This document shows positions 26,727 through 29,525 of a stretch of DNA of 29,525 bases, in pieces. This stretch comes from an uncultured Chloroflexia bacterium (GTDB lineage: Bacteria > Chloroflexota > Limnocylindria > Limnocylindrales > CSP1-4), in NCBI GenBank assembly GCA_963749705.1, contig CAVVNQ010000009.1, positions 1 to 29,525 of the forward strand. Reading direction: 5' to 3'. Under the pieces are notes generated by a model, which had not been told where the DNA came from, did no database searches, and worked only from the letters and a program-made list of their open reading frames with translations. Numbering within the stretch: position 1 is the stretch's first letter; each line of letters begins with the position of its first letter. The translations under genes and the position numbers were made by a program.

Positions 26727-27583
26727 GCGACACAAGGGGTCGCCGCGGCCCGAGACCCGTCTCGACCGTCGTGGTGACGGCAAGCCTCGACAACATGACG
26801 TCCGCGGACGTGCGCCTGCTGCAGGAGGCGGCCCGCCTCGGGCCGGTGCACGTCCGGGTCCCGTCCGACGAGCTGGTCGAGCGGATGACCGGCAAGCCGC
26901 CGACCTTCCCCCAGTCCGAGCGGCGGTTCCTCGCCGCCGCTCTCCGGTGCGTCAACACCGTGGGCGTGGTCGATCGGGACATCCAGGCGAGCCTGCCCAG
27001 CATCGCCGCGCAGTTCCAGGCACTTGTGATCCGGGAGGGCGAGGATGCCGAACGGCTTCGGGCCGCGTGGACGGGACACGGCCGCGAGCTGCGAACGGTC
27101 AGCGCGTCCGACCTCGAGGGCTTCCCCGACTGGGTCAGCGATCCGGCGCAGGTGCGGCCAGGTCGCGCCGATCCACGTCGAACGGTCGTCACCGGGTGCT
27201 ACGACTGGCTTCACTCCGGGCACATCCGGTTCTTCATGGACGCGTCCCGTTTCGGACCGCTCTACGTGGTCGTCGGCAGCGACCACAATGTGGAGCTGCT
27301 CAAGGGGCCCGGGCACCCGTTGCAGCGCGAACAGGAGCGTCGGTACATGGTGAGCGCCATCCGCCACGTGCATCGCGCCATCGTCTCGACCGGCGGGGGA
27401 TGGATGGACGCCGAGCCCGAGATCGCGTGGATCCGACCGACGTCCTACGTGGTCAACGAGGACGGTGACCAGCCGGAGAAGCGCGAATTCTGCGCGTCGC
27501 GAGGCATCGAGTACGTCGTCCTGCGGCGGCTCCCCCACCGCGGCCTGCCGGCCCGGAACAGCACCGACCTGCGCGGCTTCTGA
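26723..27583 (+). CDS. Cytidylyltransferase-like (HxGH) nucleotidyltransferase with two tandem domains, the N-terminal one degenerate
   Basis: GTGA overlap with the kinase stop. C-domain has VVTGCYDWLHSGH, GSD, LKG, ERRYMV and RNSTDLR. N-domain has VVTASLDNMTSAD, PSD and ERRFL. Confidence 0.82.
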   Translation: MSDTRGRRGPRPVSTVVVTASLDNMTSADVRLLQEAARLGPVHVRVPSDELVERMTGKPPTFPQSERRFLAAALRCVNTVGVVDRDIQASLPSIAAQFQALVIREGEDAERLRAAWTGHGRELRTVSASDLEGFPDWVSDPAQVRPGRADPRRTVVTGCYDWLHSGHIRFFMDASRFGPLYVVVGSDHNVELLKGPGHPLQREQERRYMVSAIRHVHRAIVSTGGGWMDAEPEIAWIRPTSYVVNEDGDQPEKREFCASRGIEYVVLRRLPHRGLPARNSTDLRGF

Positions 27584-27586
27584 AGC

Positions 27587-28597
27587 ATGGCGACGCTCGC
27601 TGACGTCGCGCGCCGAGCCGGCGTGTCGCCGATGACCGTCTCAAGGGTCATCCGCAACGCGGAGCCGGTCAGCGACAGGACGCGCGCGCGCGTGGAGCAG
27701 GCGATCGCCGAGGTCGGTTATGTGCCCAACGTGCTTGCCCGCAGCCTGCGAGCGCAGCGCACGCTCACCATCGGCCTGCTCCTCAGCGACATGACGAACC
27801 CGTTCTTCACGACCGTCGCCCACGGCGTCGAGACCGCCGCCAGTGCGGCCGGCCTCGCCCTGCTGCTGGCGAACACCAGGGAGAGCGAGGCCGAGGAGCA
27901 ACGGCTGATCCAGACGCTGCTGGAGCGACGGGTCGACGGCATCTGTTTCGTGCCGGCGGGCGACGGCGTGGCAACGATCCAGGCGGCGCTCGAGCACCAG
28001 ACGCCGATCGTGGCGATCGACCGGCGCCCGAAGAGCCGCGCCGCCGACAGCGTCCGGTCCGACTCGATCGGTGGGGCGCGGCAGCTCGGCGCGCTGCTCA
28101 CGTCGCTCGGCCACCGGGTCACGGCGATCCTCGCCGGGCCCATCGGTGTATCGACCGCCGATGACCGCGTGCAGGGCTTCCGCGCGTCGATCGCGGCATG
28201 TCCGGACGCCCGTCCGCCCCGCGTGCTTCGGGGCCCGCTCACGGTCGAAGGGGGGATGGACCTGGCCCGCGCCGCCATGGACCTCCGACCTCGGCCGACC
28301 GCCCTGTTCGCGGCCAACAACTTCCTCGCGATCGGCGCGCTCCACGCCCTCGACCAGCTGGGCATCCGGGTCCCGGATGACGTTGCCGTCGTCGGCTTCG
28401 ACGACCTGCCGCCGGTGATGGTGGTCTTTCCGTTCCTGACGGTCGCCGCCCAACCCGCGTTCGAGATGGGGCAGCGCAGCGTGGAGCTCCTGCTGGACCG
28501 GATCGCCGGCCGGGCCGGCCGGGCACGGGAGCTCGTCCTCCCGACGCAGCTCGTGATCCGACGTTCGAGTGGCTCGCCCATCGCGCTCGAGGCGTGA
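27587..28597 (+). CDS. LacI-family transcriptional regulator
   Basis: HTH TLADVARRAGVSPMTVSRV, hinge YVPNVLARSL and VPDDVAVVGFDD. Starts 3 nt after the upstream stop. Confidence 0.93.
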   Translation: MATLADVARRAGVSPMTVSRVIRNAEPVSDRTRARVEQAIAEVGYVPNVLARSLRAQRTLTIGLLLSDMTNPFFTTVAHGVETAASAAGLALLLANTRESEAEEQRLIQTLLERRVDGICFVPAGDGVATIQAALEHQTPIVAIDRRPKSRAADSVRSDSIGGARQLGALLTSLGHRVTAILAGPIGVSTADDRVQGFRASIAACPDARPPRVLRGPLTVEGGMDLARAAMDLRPRPTALFAANNFLAIGALHALDQLGIRVPDDVAVVGFDDLPPVMVVFPFLTVAAQPAFEMGQRSVELLLDRIAGRAGRARELVLPTQLVIRRSSGSPIALEA

Positions 28598-28760
28598 CCG
28601 TCGCGCGTCGCGTTGCCGCCGGTCAGGTGATCCCGTAGGGTTGGCGCTGGCAGTCCCAGGCGATCGGCACGTCCCAGCGCCTGCCCGGCGGCACTCACAC
28701 CGTCAGGCGCGCGCCCGCCGCTGCGACGACCCGCTGATGTCGACGTCAGGAAGGACCACG

Positions 28761-29180
28761 ATGCTCAAGACCCGCCTGCTCCACCCGCAGATCCTGGCCG
28801 CGCTGGGCGAGGCCGGCCATGGTTCGCAGGTCCTCATCGCCGACGGCAACTACCCGCTGGCGACCCGGTCCAACCCATCGGCGGCGAGGGTGTTCCTGAA
28901 CCTTGCGCCGGGCCATGTCACCGTGACCGATGTGCTCGAGGTCATCGCCGAGGCGATCGAGGTCGAGACGGCGCACGTGATGGGCCCCGACGACGGCAGC
29001 GAGCCGCCGATCTATCAGGATTTTCGTCGCCTGCTGCCTGGCAACGACCTCGTGCGGCTTGGTCGGTTCGAGTTCTACGACCTGGCCAGCAGCTCCGACT
29101 GCGCGCTCGCCATCGCGACGGGCGAGGAGCGCATCTACGCCAACATCCTGCTCACGATCGGCGTGGTCGAGCCCGGGTAG
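28761..29180 (+). CDS. RbsD/FucU family sugar mutarotase/pyranase
   Basis: AGGAAGGA RBS. LLHPQILAALGEAGHGSQVLIADGNYP, RFEFYD and IATGEERIYANILLTIGVV. Confidence 0.9.
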   Translation: MLKTRLLHPQILAALGEAGHGSQVLIADGNYPLATRSNPSAARVFLNLAPGHVTVTDVLEVIAEAIEVETAHVMGPDDGSEPPIYQDFRRLLPGNDLVRLGRFEFYDLASSSDCALAIATGEERIYANILLTIGVVEPG

Positions 29181-29320
29181 CCGGCGACCGCCACCCGATG
29201 CGCATCCGGCTCGCCGCGGTCCTCGCGTTCGAGGATTGCGCCCGCGATGCCGGCCCGGGCGGCCCTCGCGCTGCAGCACCTTGGCCGGAGTCCTCGCCGT
29301 CGGCTCGGCCGTTTTGACCG

Positions 29321-29329
29321 TGCTAGACT
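29321..29329 (+). promoter_or_regulatory. Extended -10 promoter (TGcTAGACT) for the tRNA
   Basis: TGn plus TAGACT about 40 nt upstream of the tRNA 5' end. Confidence 0.55.
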
Positions 29330-29371
29330 CCCGTTCGCGCACTCAGGAGCTCTGATCGAGCACGAAACCGT

Positions 29372-29447
29372 GGGGCTATAGCTCAGCTGGGAGAGCGTCT
29401 GAATGGCATTCAGAAGGTCCGGGGTTCGAATCCCCGTAGCTCCACCA
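29372..29447 (+). tRNA. tRNA-Ala (GGC)
   Basis: 76-nt cloverleaf: acceptor GGGGCTA/TAGCTCC with G3:U70, anticodon arm TCTGA-ATGGCAT-TCAGA, T-loop TTCGAAT and encoded CCA. Confidence 0.98.
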
Positions 29448-29471
29448 ACGCACTGATCACGCCGACCACCT

Positions 29472-29505
29472 GACCCCTCGCCGGGACCGGCGGGGGGTCT
29501 CGTTT
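29472..29505 (+). terminator. Probable intrinsic terminator after the tRNA
   Basis: GACCCCTCGCCG / CGGCGGGGGGTC stem (one G:U pair) followed by TCGTTT. Confidence 0.6.
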
Positions 29506-29525
29506 CAGCGGGGGATGTCTTTCAC

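Noticed and set aside
24851-27583. ADP-/GDP-heptose (HldE/HldD or HddA/HddC) biosynthesis cluster
   Set aside because: No gmhA, gmhB or glycosyltransferase is present, the epimerase has GME rather than HldD motifs, and the LacI plus RbsD/FucU context points to free-sugar use. Not fully excluded.
29372-29525. tRNA-Ala as an integration site for an island
   Set aside because: No duplicate of the tRNA 3' end and no integrase were seen in the window; sequence beyond 29525 is not visible.
1-29525. CRISPR array, transposase, prophage or defence genes
   Set aside because: No regularly spaced repeats or diagnostic motifs were seen on either strand.

Overview
High-GC bacterial chromosomal window; the gene styles suggest Chloroflexota or Actinomycetota (inference only). 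From left to right it contains: (1) an FtsX/MacB-type ABC exporter operon with two large permeases and two ATPases, the first ATPase broken by two +1 frameshifts; (2) a bxl-like xylo-/arabino-oligosaccharide locus (solute-binding lipoprotein, two permeases, GH3, GH51, and a divergent LacI plus CE7 esterase) with a clear promoter and CGAAAnTTTCG operators; (3) a YgjP/M48-like protein and an orphan CpaF/TadA pilus ATPase fused to a degenerate Rid domain; (4) an accessory patch with a histidine-kinase deletion remnant, an uncalled 48-aa membrane protein, an SRPBCC gene under a perfect 30-bp palindrome, a VOC protein, a SAM methyltransferase and a membrane Rieske protein; (5) a tightly coupled operon of a GDP-mannose 3,5-epimerase-like SDR, a compact GHMP kinase, a tandem HxGH nucleotidyltransferase and LacI, followed by an RbsD/FucU gene; (6) tRNA-Ala(GGC). 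Operon 5 is the best candidate for an undescribed system: a Leloir-like salvage or catabolic route for a rare, probably L-configured, sugar. No CRISPR array or mobile element was seen. All family assignments come from reading motifs by eye, not from database searches.
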